A DNA stretch of 64,000 nt from Candidatus Sericytochromatia bacterium (GCA_035285865.1 JAYKHS010000017.1:57534-121533), one strand, 5' to 3'. Positions 10,182 through 20,606 are shown, counted from the stretch's first letter. Made by a program: numbers and translations. Notes: generated from the sequence alone by a model not told the origin.

Positions 10182-10823
10182 TCAGGGACGGCGCATGGTC
10201 GCGGCCACGCCCGCTGTCGGCATCGGCGGCACGGCCAGGCTGTCCATGTCCATCGAAACCGTGTCGGCGGATACGGCCCGAACGCCCTTGAGCCTCCCGA
10301 CCGCCCCCAGGATGAAGGTGGCGAGGAAGGCCACGATCGGCTTGGGTATGGAGATGCGGCTGCGGCTGCCGACCTCGAGGCTCTCGATGCGGAACGCGAA
10401 GGTGCTGGGTGTGGTCCGGGCGTGCTCGAGGCGCGTGCGGAAGGGCAAAGTCAGCCCGAAGAACTTGAGGTTGCCCTCCGCATGGACCTTGCGGTTTTCG
10501 CCGAGATGCACGGCCATGTCCTGAACGAGGTGTCCCCCCTGGACGGCCATCTGCTGGTCTACCTGCGTGCTGAAGATGGCGTACGAGGCCACGCCTTGCA
10601 CCCGCGCCACGTTCGGGCCCGTGAAGGTGAAGCGGAAGTCCCTGCCATGCTTGCCCTCCAGCAAATCGCCCATGTCGATGGCGAGTTTGACCGGGATGAA
10701 GCCCAGGACGCGTTCGTCGACCTGGAGTTTGGCACCCGGATTGATGCTGAGGCCGCCGGCAGCCACCGCCGGCACCCGCGTGGCGGAGGCCACCGGTAGC
10801 CGTGAGGCGGGGAGAGCTTGCAT
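10182..10823 (-). CDS. Hypothetical protein (beta-rich)
   Basis: Clean ORF with GC-typical codons between MFS and GH31. Confidence 0.65.
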   Translation of the reverse strand: MQALPASRLPVASATRVPAVAAGGLSINPGAKLQVDERVLGFIPVKLAIDMGDLLEGKHGRDFRFTFTGPNVARVQGVASYAIFSTQVDQQMAVQGGHLVQDMAVHLGENRKVHAEGNLKFFGLTLPFRTRLEHARTTPSTFAFRIESLEVGSRSRISIPKPIVAFLATFILGAVGRLKGVRAVSADTVSMDMDSLAVPPMPTAGVAATMRRP

Positions 10824-10889
10824 GATGGTCTTGTCCCGGCAGGCACGGGGAGTCTTGTGGTCTCCCGGTGAAGACGAGGCAAAGTTCTG

Positions 10890-13265
10890 GTGAATATCGC
10901 AGAATCACCCCCGCCCATCGCGACGGCATCCGTCGAGGGCGCGGTGTTGCGCGTGCGCGGCGGCGAAGGGGGAACCCGTTTCCTGCTGGATCTCGACAGG
11001 GTCCGGGCGACGTGGGACCCCGTCTCCGCCAGTCAGTTGCTGGGTATCTTCTCGTTCCGTGGCGGGGACCGGGAGTGGCGGGACTTGCCGCGGGCCCCGA
11101 TCCCCTGGTCCGAACCTGGCGTCGCGCCTCTCGCCTGGTGGCCCGTGCCGGGGTCTCCGTGGCGGGGTTTGTCCCTTGAGGTCGCGGGACGCGACGATGG
11201 CGGTCTGGACATGCGGTACCGCTGGGTCGGCGACGGGCCGCCGGCACGCCTTGGCCTCTCCTGGAGCCTCGGGGCCGAGGAGGGGCTTTACGGCCTGGGC
11301 TCCCGCACCAATGCACTGGATCAGCATGGCCGCGTCCTGCCCTGCTGGGTCGAGGAAGGGGGCAACGGCAAGTCCGAGCAACCCCTGCCCGGCGTCGGCA
11401 ACGTGCCGTGGAGTTCCCACGCCCCCGTGCCCTTCCTGCTTTCCTCCGCAGGCTATGGCCTGCTGGCGGGCACCACCGCCCGGTCGGTCTGGGATCTTGG
11501 GGCCACCGATCCCGCGCGGCTCAGGCTGGTCGTGGACGAGGCTTCACCGACGCTGACGGTGTGGACGGGTGCCGGGCCCGAGGAGATCCTGACCCGGGCG
11601 ACGGCCAGCATGGGGCGACCCCGCGTGCCGCCCGCATGGGTCATGGCGCCGGCGGAGTGGGGCAAGGGCGGCCAGGATGCCGTGCTGGCCCGCGCGCGGC
11701 GCCTGCGGGACGCAAGGGTGCCCTTCTCGACGCTCTGGTACGAGGACTGGGTAGGCCTCCAACACGGTCCTCTGCCGGGCCTCACGCACATGCCGTGGGG
11801 CCGCTGGGAGGCCGATGCCGCGCAGTATCCGGATGTCCATACGCTGAACCGGACCCTCTCCGGCATGGGTCTGAAGGCCCTGGGGTACTTCAATCCGTTC
11901 GTGCCCGGGGACCATCCGCAGCGGACTGCGCTGGAGGGCCTGGGGGCCGTCGTCCGCGATCGTTCCGGGCATCCGATGGATTGGCCGGGGCCCTTCGGAT
12001 TGCTGTCCATGCTGGATCTCTGGTCCGAAGGCCTTCGGCCATGGGTGGAGCGGCGACTCGAGGCCTTTGCCGAGGCCGGATTCTCCGGGGCCATGGTCGA
12101 TTTCGGAGAGTGGCTGCCTCACGGTGCGGAGCTCTCCGGTGGGCGCACCGGGGCCACGGCGCACAATGCCTATCCCGTCGCATGGGCCGATCTGCATCGG
12201 CGCTTCTGGGAGCGCGCCCGGCCGGACGGGGACTGGCTGACGTATGTCCGGGCCGGCTATACCGGGATTCCTGCGTCCTGCACCTACATGTGGGCGGCGG
12301 ACCAGGACACCGACTGGGGCGAGGCCGATGGTTTCCCCTCGGCCCTGACGGCGATTCTTACGGCCGGGCTGTCGGGCATTCCCTTCATGACCCATGATGT
12401 CGGCGGTTTCGCGACCCTGGGCGGGCCTGCCCGGTCCCCCGAACTGCTGGCACGCTGGTTGGCCTTCGGGGCCTTCAGCAGCGTGATGCGGACGCATTCG
12501 GGTCAGAAGCCCCTGCTCAATGCCCAGACGGATGGCAGCGAACGCCTGCTGGGTCTGACGCGCAAGTGGGCCGGCTGGTCGATGGCCACCCTGCCCTACA
12601 GGCATGCCCTCGTGGCCGAGGCCGCCCGGACCGGCATGCCCCTGATGCGGCCCCTCTGGCTCACGTGGCCGGCCGACCCCCTATGCCGGGACATGCACGA
12701 CACCTACATGCTGGGCGCCGACCTGCTGGTAGCTCCGGTCTTCCGGCCCGGCGCCACCCGCCGTCGTCTCTACCTGCCGCGCGGGACCTGGTATGACCTC
12801 TGGGAGGGTGCGCCCCGGCAGGGCGGACGTTGGCACGAAGTCGACGCGCCGCTGGATCACTTGCCTGTCTTCGTCCGCGAGGGCGCCATCCTGCCGCTGT
12901 TGCCCGAGGGCGTCGACACCGTCCTCGAGGCGGAGGACCCGGCCATCCGCGACGCAGCGGTCGCCCGTTCCGGCCTGCGCGTGTGGACGTGGCCCGGTCG
13001 GCCCGATCAACAGAGGACCTTGGTGTTGGCAGACGGGACGACGCTGGTCCATCGCTGGGAGCCGTTCCCCCAGGATGCCACGGGCCGCGTGCCCGAGGAG
13101 ACCGACCTCGCCTGGGACGGCCGGCGGCCGATCGAGCGCGTGGTGGTCGACGGCGGGGGACGCTGGACATTGAAGGTCACGCCGCCGCCCGGGGGCCGCT
13201 CGCCCCTTGCCATCGCGTGGTGGCGCCGAGGAGTCAGTCGGACGACCGTCGCCGTTCGGCCCTGA
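10890..13265 (+). CDS. Glycoside hydrolase family 31 (YihQ-like clade, probable alpha-glucosidase)
   Basis: YGLG, PFLLSS.GYG, nucleophile MVDFGE, acid/base WAADQ, HDVGGF, MRTH, P.MRPL motifs. Confidence 0.9.
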   Translation: MNIAESPPPIATASVEGAVLRVRGGEGGTRFLLDLDRVRATWDPVSASQLLGIFSFRGGDREWRDLPRAPIPWSEPGVAPLAWWPVPGSPWRGLSLEVAGRDDGGLDMRYRWVGDGPPARLGLSWSLGAEEGLYGLGSRTNALDQHGRVLPCWVEEGGNGKSEQPLPGVGNVPWSSHAPVPFLLSSAGYGLLAGTTARSVWDLGATDPARLRLVVDEASPTLTVWTGAGPEEILTRATASMGRPRVPPAWVMAPAEWGKGGQDAVLARARRLRDARVPFSTLWYEDWVGLQHGPLPGLTHMPWGRWEADAAQYPDVHTLNRTLSGMGLKALGYFNPFVPGDHPQRTALEGLGAVVRDRSGHPMDWPGPFGLLSMLDLWSEGLRPWVERRLEAFAEAGFSGAMVDFGEWLPHGAELSGGRTGATAHNAYPVAWADLHRRFWERARPDGDWLTYVRAGYTGIPASCTYMWAADQDTDWGEADGFPSALTAILTAGLSGIPFMTHDVGGFATLGGPARSPELLARWLAFGAFSSVMRTHSGQKPLLNAQTDGSERLLGLTRKWAGWSMATLPYRHALVAEAARTGMPLMRPLWLTWPADPLCRDMHDTYMLGADLLVAPVFRPGATRRRLYLPRGTWYDLWEGAPRQGGRWHEVDAPLDHLPVFVREGAILPLLPEGVDTVLEAEDPAIRDAAVARSGLRVWTWPGRPDQQRTLVLADGTTLVHRWEPFPQDATGRVPEETDLAWDGRRPIERVVVDGGGRWTLKVTPPPGGRSPLAIAWWRRGVSRTTVAVRP

Positions 13266-14064
13266 CGAGGTCGCGGGCGGCCCGCGCGAAGGCACCCAGG
13301 CGGCGGTTCGTGGCCTCGAGGGGCGGCATCGCCGTCAGCGCGACCAGCGTGGTGCTCCCATCCGCGTCGAACAGGATGCCGGCATCATGGCTGGTGCGGC
13401 TGGTTTCGCCGGTCTTGTGGGCGAGTCGGTCTTCGGGGGCCAGGTCCCTGCGAAAGCGCGCCGTGTCCTCCTGCCCCAGCAGCACCTCCCGCATCCGGGC
13501 ATCCGCCTCGGGGCCGACGAGGGCGTCCGTGGCCAGCAGGTGCAGCAATCGTGCGATACCCCGAGCCGTGATGCGATTGCCGGGGGGCTGCGCACCGGGC
13601 ATGGGTACCGTGCCGCCCAGCTTGCGACGGACTTCGATGCCTTCGAGGCCACGCCCCGCCAGCCACGCCGCGACATGGTCCGCCCCGAGCAGCCCCAGCA
13701 ACATGTTCGTGGCCACGTTGTCGCTCTTCCGGATCATGAGCCGGTCCAGCTCTTCAAGGGTCACGAACTGACCCGGTATCAGAGCGGGCTTCCACGTGTC
13801 CGTATAGTCGGCCATCGTCACCTCGAGGCTCTGGTCCGGCCGCAGCCTGCCTTCCGCCCAAGCCGCATGCAGGGCAGCCATCACCGGGACCTTGATGATG
13901 GAAGCGGCGGTGAAGGGGGTGTCGCCCAGATGGTAGGCGGCGCGACGTTCATCGTTCAGAACGACCGCAAGACCGGCATCCTCGAGCCCCGTGTCGCGGG
14001 CGATGGCTGTCAGACCCGAGGCGAGGTCGGCATCCTCTGTAAGAGGTCGTTCTTGGAGTGTCAT
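13234..14064 (-). CDS. Serine hydrolase, class A beta-lactamase-like / PBP-A-like
   Basis: SxxK (ASIIK), SDN, HKTG motifs. Confidence 0.88.
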   Translation of the reverse strand: MTLQERPLTEDADLASGLTAIARDTGLEDAGLAVVLNDERRAAYHLGDTPFTAASIIKVPVMAALHAAWAEGRLRPDQSLEVTMADYTDTWKPALIPGQFVTLEELDRLMIRKSDNVATNMLLGLLGADHVAAWLAGRGLEGIEVRRKLGGTVPMPGAQPPGNRITARGIARLLHLLATDALVGPEADARMREVLLGQEDTARFRRDLAPEDRLAHKTGETSRTSHDAGILFDADGSTTLVALTAMPPLEATNRRLGAFARAARDLVRAERRRSSD

Positions 14065-14142
14065 TTAATAGTTTATTTACGGGTTGTTCACGTGCTATGC
14101 ACGAGTCATACCTTTTCCCGACCCCCAAGGATAGTCCATCCC

Positions 14143-15525
14143 ATGGCCCTGTTCCGACCCTTTTCCTTCGCCCTGCTCGGTATTGCCCTCGCTTCATGCG
14201 GGGTGGCCGCCCCGCTCTCTGGCGGTATCGGCGAGGTTCTGGACGCCGACGGCCGCAAGGTCCGCTCGGCCTGGCGCTTCGTCCAGCGCGCCCGACTGCA
14301 GGTTTCCCGTCCGGCCTTCCTGCGCCTGGAACGTCTGCGTCCCTCGGGCCCCGAGTCCCTGTTGGTCAGCACCTTTGGCGTGATGGGCAAGGCCGACGGC
14401 GTGCATGCCTGGCCGGATGCCGCCGCGGTCTTGACGCGCCCGGAGGCTCGGCCCCAGCAGCTGGCACGCGGCGTGGTGTGGCCGAACGAGGCCATCGTGC
14501 TTCCGGCCGGGGCCTTCGGCAAGTACGACATGGTTGTGGCGGGTGGTTTTCTGGTGCCGGGCAAGACCGGAGCCCTGACGCTCATCGACCTGCCTGAGCC
14601 GGGCCAGTCCCTCGAACCCGGGCGCATCCTGCCGGGAACGGTCCGTCCTGATGACCCCTCGGCAGGACCGATGGTGGTCTACGACAACGAGACGAAGATT
14701 ACCCGTGATCGTGCGGGTTGGTTCTACCATCGCACGGTCGTCCGGGACATGGATGGCGACGGACGCCTCGACCTGCTGACGGCCCGGGCCCGCAAAGGCA
14801 TGGGTGGATCCGAAGGCGAACTGGTCTGGCTGCGCCAGCCGGCTGCCCGAAATGCGCGCGGTCCCGTCGGGCCGTGGGCCGAGACCGTCATTGCCAAAGG
14901 CCCCGATGTCCACTTCAGGGTCGAGGACCTCGACGGCGACGGACAGCCCGAAATCCTCGCGACAGAGTTCTTCTCGCGCAAGCTGACGCTGCTCTGGCAG
15001 GTCGGCGGTGCCTGGCAGCGGCGCGTGCTCGACGACACGCTGGGGTCGGCCTTCGACCTGGATCTGGTGGATCTCGACGGCGACGGGAAGCGGGATTTGC
15101 TGGTGACCAACCATGAGGCCGATGCCAAAGCCGCCGTCTTCGCCTACACCGTGCCGGCTGACTTCAGGACGGCCTCGTGGCCCCGGCATGTCCTGCTCTC
15201 GGGCATCAAGACCCGCAATGGCGGCATGAACCAAGCCTCACCCGGTCAGGCCGTGGCCTTCCAGCCCGAGCCGGCGCGTCCGGCCAGCCGGCCGTGGATC
15301 GTGGTCGGCGGGGATGGTTCGCAGCGCGCCCACCTCCTGGAGCCTGTGGATGCCCGTCCGGGGACGTGGTCCTATCGCGAGCGCATTCTGGCGGATGTCG
15401 GGTGCACCGTGGGCCAGTGCGCCGTCGGGGACGTGGACGGCGACGGCCGGTCGGAGATCTTCGTGCCGGCCTACGACAAGGACACGATCCACGTCTTCGG
15501 CGTCGCGGCCGCGACGGGCCGCTAG
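14143..15525 (+). CDS. FG-GAP/VCBS-repeat lipoprotein
   Basis: Lipobox LASC; repeated D[LMV]DGDG motifs (DMDGDGRLD, DLDGDGQPE, DLDGDGKRD, DVDGDGRSE). Confidence 0.85.
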   Translation: MALFRPFSFALLGIALASCGVAAPLSGGIGEVLDADGRKVRSAWRFVQRARLQVSRPAFLRLERLRPSGPESLLVSTFGVMGKADGVHAWPDAAAVLTRPEARPQQLARGVVWPNEAIVLPAGAFGKYDMVVAGGFLVPGKTGALTLIDLPEPGQSLEPGRILPGTVRPDDPSAGPMVVYDNETKITRDRAGWFYHRTVVRDMDGDGRLDLLTARARKGMGGSEGELVWLRQPAARNARGPVGPWAETVIAKGPDVHFRVEDLDGDGQPEILATEFFSRKLTLLWQVGGAWQRRVLDDTLGSAFDLDLVDLDGDGKRDLLVTNHEADAKAAVFAYTVPADFRTASWPRHVLLSGIKTRNGGMNQASPGQAVAFQPEPARPASRPWIVVGGDGSQRAHLLEPVDARPGTWSYRERILADVGCTVGQCAVGDVDGDGRSEIFVPAYDKDTIHVFGVAAATGR

Positions 15526-16148
15526 GCGCTCAGCCGGCGGGTCCGGAAGAGGTTCGCCATGGTCGCCGCGAAACGAGTACCGGCGTAGAGGCGGTTGTCC
15601 TCGAGGTTGATCACCTCGCGGACGCCGCGCTCGAGCATCCGGGCTTCTTCCGGGTCGATCGGGGCCCCCGTCAGCTGGTTCAGGGCCTGCATGAGGCGGT
15701 TGCAACGTTCGAGCAGTTCGGCGACGTGCCGCTCCCGGCCGCGGATGATGCCGCTGTCGGCATCCCGGATCTCCCGGGCACGGCCTACCATTTCCTCGAT
15801 GCCGGCGGCGACGGCCATGCCGGTGGAAGCTGCCGCCATCTCCTCGGCCAACTGCTTGCGGGTGGGGAGTGCCGATTGGCGGATGGCACGGGCTTCACGG
15901 GCCAGCAGGGCCTGAAGCATCCGCCACGACAGCCGTCCTTCCTCGCACGCCGTGGCCGTCTCGAGCAGGCGCCGGGTGCTGACGGATGTCATCAGGCCGC
16001 TCGCGATCAACCGGGCCAGCCGCGCCACGATCTCGATGGCGTAGCGGATCTCGACGGCTCCGATGGCATCGTCGACACGGACCTGCTGGCGCAGCCGGAA
16101 CTGCATGGCCTCGAGGGTCTGGGCGGGTGTGCGAACGATCGTCTGCAT
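15522..16148 (-). CDS. Hypothetical helical protein
   Basis: ATG 16148 with GGAG RBS; GC-typical codons. Confidence 0.65.
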   Translation of the reverse strand: MQTIVRTPAQTLEAMQFRLRQQVRVDDAIGAVEIRYAIEIVARLARLIASGLMTSVSTRRLLETATACEEGRLSWRMLQALLAREARAIRQSALPTRKQLAEEMAAASTGMAVAAGIEEMVGRAREIRDADSGIIRGRERHVAELLERCNRLMQALNQLTGAPIDPEEARMLERGVREVINLEDNRLYAGTRFAATMANLFRTRRLSA

Positions 16149-16360
16149 GGGGTTGCTCCCGTGAAGCTGGAACCGATGCCTTCCTGTCGCCCCGAGGTGG
16201 GCTCGGACGGAAGTCGCGAAACATGAAACCAACGCCAATTCATCAGCCGGGTGGCGTCTGTTAAGGCCGCATTGGAATTGCGTTCGGGCGGGCAAGGCGG
16301 ATGCCCGGCGCGTGCTCGTGGGCACATGCATGGGGGGCGCTCGACGTCCGGGAGGTTCAG

Positions 16361-18043
16361 ATGGATGCATGGCTGTCGCGTCTTGCGCGGCGGACAGGAG
16401 CGGGTGATGCGCTGTCCGAGGCCGTGGCCGGATTTCGATTGCTCGAGATCGATGCCGAGGAATTGGACCGGCTTGCGGTGCGTGCCAATGCCATCGGCCC
16501 GGCCCTCAGGACCCACGATCGCCTCGGCGAACCGATCGGTGAATTGGAGATCGATCCGGCCTATCGGACCCTCGAGGACGTGGCCTACGGGGATCTGTCC
16601 CTCGTCGCACGGCCGCTGTCGCGCATGCTGGAACCCGGGGACAAGCCGTGGGTGCGGTCTGTCTCCTTTGCCCTGGGCGAGGCCTTCAGCCGATTCGAGC
16701 AGGGACTCTACTGCCCGCTCTGCATGACCGATGGTGCCGCCGTGGTGCTGCGTCGTACCGGGGATCCCGCACTTTGGGCGCGGATGGGCGAGCGGTTGGG
16801 CGGGCGGGCCCGGGATCGTTGGACCGGGGCCATGTTCCTGACGGAGCGGCAGGGCGGATCCGACGTCGGGGCGGCCACGGCCGTGGCGGTCCGGGATCCC
16901 GAGGCCGAGGGCGGGTGGCGCCTGCACGGAGAGAAGTGGTTCTGCTCCAATGCGGGAGCCGATGTCTCGCTGGTGCTGGCGCGGCCTGAGGGGGCGCCAG
17001 CCGGTACCCGGGGTCTGGGCCTGTTCGCCCTGCCACGTCTCTGGCCGGACGGTCGGCGCAACCCCTATCGCCTGCGCCGCCTCAAGGACAAACTGGGTAC
17101 CCGGTCCATGGCGACCGCCGAGGTCGAGTTGTCCGGAGCCACGGCCTGGGCCGTCGGGCCCCTGGATCAGGGATTCCAGCAGATGGCCGCGATGATCAAC
17201 ATGTCCCGTCTCTACAACGCCATCGCCTCGTCTGGTGTGATGGGCCGCGCGCTCGCCGAGGCACGCGCCTGGACCTCACGCCGCAAGGCCTTCGGAAGGT
17301 CGTTGGTCGAGCACCCGCTGGTGGCAAGGCAGTTGCGGGATCTCGAAGCCGAACGCGAGGCAGCCGCGTCCCTGCTGTTCATGGTCGTGGGCGCGCTCGA
17401 TCGTCAGGAGGCCGAGGTGGGCGGGGCCGACGACGCCGGCATCGTCCGACTCTTCACGCCGATGCTCAAGATGGCCACGGCGCGTCGGGCCGTCTGGGCC
17501 GCCAGCGAGGCCATCGAACTGCTGGGCGGCAACGGCTATGTCGAGGATTGGGTGACGGCCCGCTTTTATCGTGATGCCCAGGTGCTCCCCGTCTGGGAAG
17601 GTGCCTCCAACATGCAGGTGCATGACGTGGTTCGGGTCCTGACCCGGTCGGATGGCGCCGGCGTGCTCGAACGGTGGGCCCGTCAAGGGCTGGACGAAGT
17701 CACGGGAGCTTCGGATCCACGGCTGGCGGCGCTTGGGGCAGAACTGACCGGCGATTGGGCACGTCTCGTGCGCGAACTGGAGGGTTGGCTGCCCCGAGCC
17801 GCCGAGGACGAAGGCCTTCAGGCCAAGGAGTGGTTGGAGCGCCTGTATCCATGGGCCGGCGCCCTGTCGCTGGCGCGCGATGCGGCAGACGAGGCGAAGA
17901 ACCCGGCCGAGGCCGCGTTGGCGCCCTGTGGCTGGGTCGGCGACGTGCCCGACGATTTGTCCGGCAACCTGATTGATCAGGCCCGGACGATGCGCGCGCG
18001 CATCCGCTGGATGGGTTCCGCCTTGGCCGTCGGCTTGGGCTGA
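16361..18043 (+). CDS. Acyl-CoA dehydrogenase (AidB-like)
   Basis: CPLCMTDG, MFLTERQGGSDVG, GEKWFCS, RLKDKLG, GGNGYVE, VWEGASN. Confidence 0.92.
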   Translation: MDAWLSRLARRTGAGDALSEAVAGFRLLEIDAEELDRLAVRANAIGPALRTHDRLGEPIGELEIDPAYRTLEDVAYGDLSLVARPLSRMLEPGDKPWVRSVSFALGEAFSRFEQGLYCPLCMTDGAAVVLRRTGDPALWARMGERLGGRARDRWTGAMFLTERQGGSDVGAATAVAVRDPEAEGGWRLHGEKWFCSNAGADVSLVLARPEGAPAGTRGLGLFALPRLWPDGRRNPYRLRRLKDKLGTRSMATAEVELSGATAWAVGPLDQGFQQMAAMINMSRLYNAIASSGVMGRALAEARAWTSRRKAFGRSLVEHPLVARQLRDLEAEREAAASLLFMVVGALDRQEAEVGGADDAGIVRLFTPMLKMATARRAVWAASEAIELLGGNGYVEDWVTARFYRDAQVLPVWEGASNMQVHDVVRVLTRSDGAGVLERWARQGLDEVTGASDPRLAALGAELTGDWARLVRELEGWLPRAAEDEGLQAKEWLERLYPWAGALSLARDAADEAKNPAEAALAPCGWVGDVPDDLSGNLIDQARTMRARIRWMGSALAVGLG

Positions 18044-18059
18044 GAAGCCCGGGGCTTCA

Positions 18060-18536
18060 TCAGGGCTTGATGGGCATCGGGGGCAGCGGGATGTAGGGCG
18101 GCGGGGGCGGCGTGGGAATGGCCTGAACCAACGCGACCGTCCGGTGCGTCCGACGGGTGCCGTCCGGGGCCGTTGCCGTCACCTCGAGGCGGGATGAAGC
18201 CGGCCAGTCGAGCCACCAGCGCACTTCCTGACCTTCGCGGCGGTCGAGCATGCCGCCCAGCGCCTGCCACTTGAAGGTCACGCCTTCGGGGGCGTTGGCC
18301 GTCAGGACGGCCTTGACCGTGACGCGGCTGTTCTGCCAAGCAGAGAAGTAGTCCGCAGGGGATCCGTTGACGTGCAGGCGGACCTCCCAGTCTTCCTGAG
18401 GCGTGGTGCGGGCCGCGAGGGCGCCGGTCTGACGGGTGACGCCGGGTTGCGCGACAGGCTGGCCGCATCCGGCCGCCATGGCCAGCACGGCCACGCCCAG
18501 TCCAAGCGGAGAGAAGGAGGTTCGGGTCATCGGCAT
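18060..18536 (-). CDS. Lipoprotein (Ig/PKD-like, poly-Pro tail)
   Basis: Lipobox AAGC; 'TFKWQALGG.L'; C-terminal PTPPPPP. Confidence 0.7.
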   Translation of the reverse strand: MPMTRTSFSPLGLGVAVLAMAAGCGQPVAQPGVTRQTGALAARTTPQEDWEVRLHVNGSPADYFSAWQNSRVTVKAVLTANAPEGVTFKWQALGGMLDRREGQEVRWWLDWPASSRLEVTATAPDGTRRTHRTVALVQAIPTPPPPPYIPLPPMPIKP

Positions 18537-18630
18537 GCCTCTATCAGCGAAAGCTCTGGTCAGAATATTGTTAAGAATAGCTTAATCCGGTTTCCGGGAC
18601 AAGGAGGGGAGGGCGGGGTACGGAAGATCC

Positions 18631-19311
18631 ATGCCCTTGATCGAGGCCATCGACCTGCAGCGTCATCACCGGACGACCGGGGAAACGGTGCGTGCCCTCG
18701 ATGGGGTGAGTCTCGCGCTCGAGGCAGGTGAGCATGTCGCCCTGACAGGGCCCTCGGGGTCGGGCAAGAGCACCCTTCTCAACCTGCTTGGCGGTCTCGA
18801 ACGCCCGACAGGGGGCCGTCTGCTGGTGGCTGGCACGGATCTGGCGACGTTGTCGGCGGATGAACTTGCCGAGTATCGCTGCCGTCGGGTCGGCATGATC
18901 TTCCAGTCCTTCCAGTTGCTGGGCCGCATGTCGGCGCTCGAGAACGTCATCCTGCCGATGCGTCTGGGCGGGGTGCCTCAGGTGGAGCGGACGCGCCGGG
19001 CGATGGATCTTCTGTCTCTTGTCGGTCTCGCGGCCCGTGCGGGCCATCGCCCCAGCGCACTGTCGGGAGGCGAGCAGCAGCGGGTCGCCATCGCCCGGGC
19101 GTTGTCGATGGAGCCCTCGGTGCTGCTGGCGGACGAGCCCACCGGCAATCTGGACAGCGTCCGTGCCGAGGAGATCGTCGAACTGCTCTCGCTCCTGTGC
19201 CGGGAACGTCGGCTGACCCTTGTGGTGGTGACGCACGATTCCGCGATTGCCGCCCGCGCCGGACGCCGGCTCTCGCTGCGGGACGGTCGCTTGCTGGAGG
19301 GTTCGCCGTGA
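18631..19311 (+). CDS. ABC transporter ATP-binding protein (LolD/MacB-type)
   Basis: GPSGSGKS, LSGGEQQRVAIARAL, LADEPTGNLD. Confidence 0.95.
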   Translation: MPLIEAIDLQRHHRTTGETVRALDGVSLALEAGEHVALTGPSGSGKSTLLNLLGGLERPTGGRLLVAGTDLATLSADELAEYRCRRVGMIFQSFQLLGRMSALENVILPMRLGGVPQVERTRRAMDLLSLVGLAARAGHRPSALSGGEQQRVAIARALSMEPSVLLADEPTGNLDSVRAEEIVELLSLLCRERRLTLVVVTHDSAIAARAGRRLSLRDGRLLEGSP

Positions 19312-20606
19312 AACCGCTGGACCTCTGGTCCCTGGCGTGGTCCCAGTGGCGGGCCGCCACCCTGCGCAGCATCCTGACGACCCTTGGGGTCGCCATCGGC
19401 GTGGCGGCATTCACGACGCTCTTCGCGCTGGGCCGAGGCCTTCAGGACAATTTTCGGGATCGCCTGATGCGGGGCGGCTTTCTCGAGGCCGTCACCGTGC
19501 TTCCTTTCCAGGAGGGTGAGGATGGCAGTCAGAAGCGCCTGCCTCTTGATGATGCGGCCTTGGGACGTTTCCGCAGCCTGCCCGGGGTCCGGCGGGTGGA
19601 TCGGGACATTCGGCTGCCGGTCAAGGCAAGGGTCGCGGAGCGTCCGGGAAAGGCTCAGGGCATCGCTGTCGCCATGCCTGTCGACGCCCGTGAGGCCGAG
19701 CTTTTCGACGAGCGGGTGGCCGGGGGCTACTTCAGCGCGGAGCAGGCCGCCGAGGTCATCGTGACGGCTCCCGTGGCACGCAACCTGGGTTGGCGTCCGG
19801 CCGAGGCGATCGGCAAGGCCGTCCGTGTTTCGCCGGGCGGAGCGTTCATGGACCGGGTCCTGCAGGTGGCGTCGCCCTTCGGGCTGTTCTCGGGCGGCGG
19901 CTCGCTCGCCCGGGAGCTGACGATCGTGGGGGTGGTCGAGCGGGAGCGCACGGGCTTCGGGTCCCTGGGTGCCGCCTTCTTCCTGCCCTACGGCACGGCT
20001 CGGTCGATGGAGCAGGCATTGCTTGCCCGCATGCCGGGGGCCAGCCGCCTCGGCACCTCGTACAGTGCTTCCGTCCGACTGACGGAGCCTGCGGTGCTGC
20101 CTGAAGTCGAACGCCAGATCGGCAAGGCCGGCTACCGCACCGTTTCTTTTGCCTCGGTGCTGGAGCGTTCGCGACCTCTGTTCCTGCTGGTGGACGGGCT
20201 GCTGATCCTGATCGGGGGCGTGGCGTTGCTGGTGGCGACTCTTGGCATCGCCAACACGATGATCACGTCGGTGCTCGAGCGGACGCGCGAGATCGGCCTG
20301 CTGAAGGCGCTTGGCGGCAAGGACCGTTCGGTGATGGCCCTGTTTCTTGCGGAGAGCGCGCTGCATGGGGTCTTCGGGGGCGTCCTCGGCATCCTGATGG
20401 CGCTGGGTACCGGTCAGGTCGTCACGTTTGCGGCCGATGCGTGGTTCCGGAGGATGGGCGGCGATCCCCAGCGTGTCTTCTCGTGGTCGCCCGAGCTGCT
20501 CTCCGCGGCGTTGCTGTTGGCGGTTGGCATGTGCCTGCTGGCCGCCATCTACCCGGCGCGCCGCGCGGTCAGACTCGACCCGGCTCGTGCCCTGCGGCAC
20601 GACTAG
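19308..20606 (+). CDS. ABC transporter permease (MacB/FtsX family)
   Basis: RSILTTLGVAIG; GIANTMITSVLERTREIG; YPARRA.RLDP..ALR; GTGA overlap. Confidence 0.93.
   Translation: MKPLDLWSLAWSQWRAATLRSILTTLGVAIGVAAFTTLFALGRGLQDNFRDRLMRGGFLEAVTVLPFQEGEDGSQKRLPLDDAALGRFRSLPGVRRVDRDIRLPVKARVAERPGKAQGIAVAMPVDAREAELFDERVAGGYFSAEQAAEVIVTAPVARNLGWRPAEAIGKAVRVSPGGAFMDRVLQVASPFGLFSGGGSLARELTIVGVVERERTGFGSLGAAFFLPYGTARSMEQALLARMPGASRLGTSYSASVRLTEPAVLPEVERQIGKAGYRTVSFASVLERSRPLFLLVDGLLILIGGVALLVATLGIANTMITSVLERTREIGLLKALGGKDRSVMALFLAESALHGVFGGVLGILMALGTGQVVTFAADAWFRRMGGDPQRVFSWSPELLSAALLLAVGMCLLAAIYPARRAVRLDPARALRHD

Noticed and set aside
13207..15525. 772-aa track ORF as one protein
   Set aside because: First 312 codons are antisense to the serine hydrolase; a lipoprotein start lies at 14143. 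The same over-extension affects track ORFs at 24471, 55254, 8130-8996 and 36898-38676
16149..16360. Structured intergenic region as a riboswitch
   Set aside because: An imperfect hairpin is present but no conserved aptamer motif could be recognised; needs an Infernal/Rfam scan
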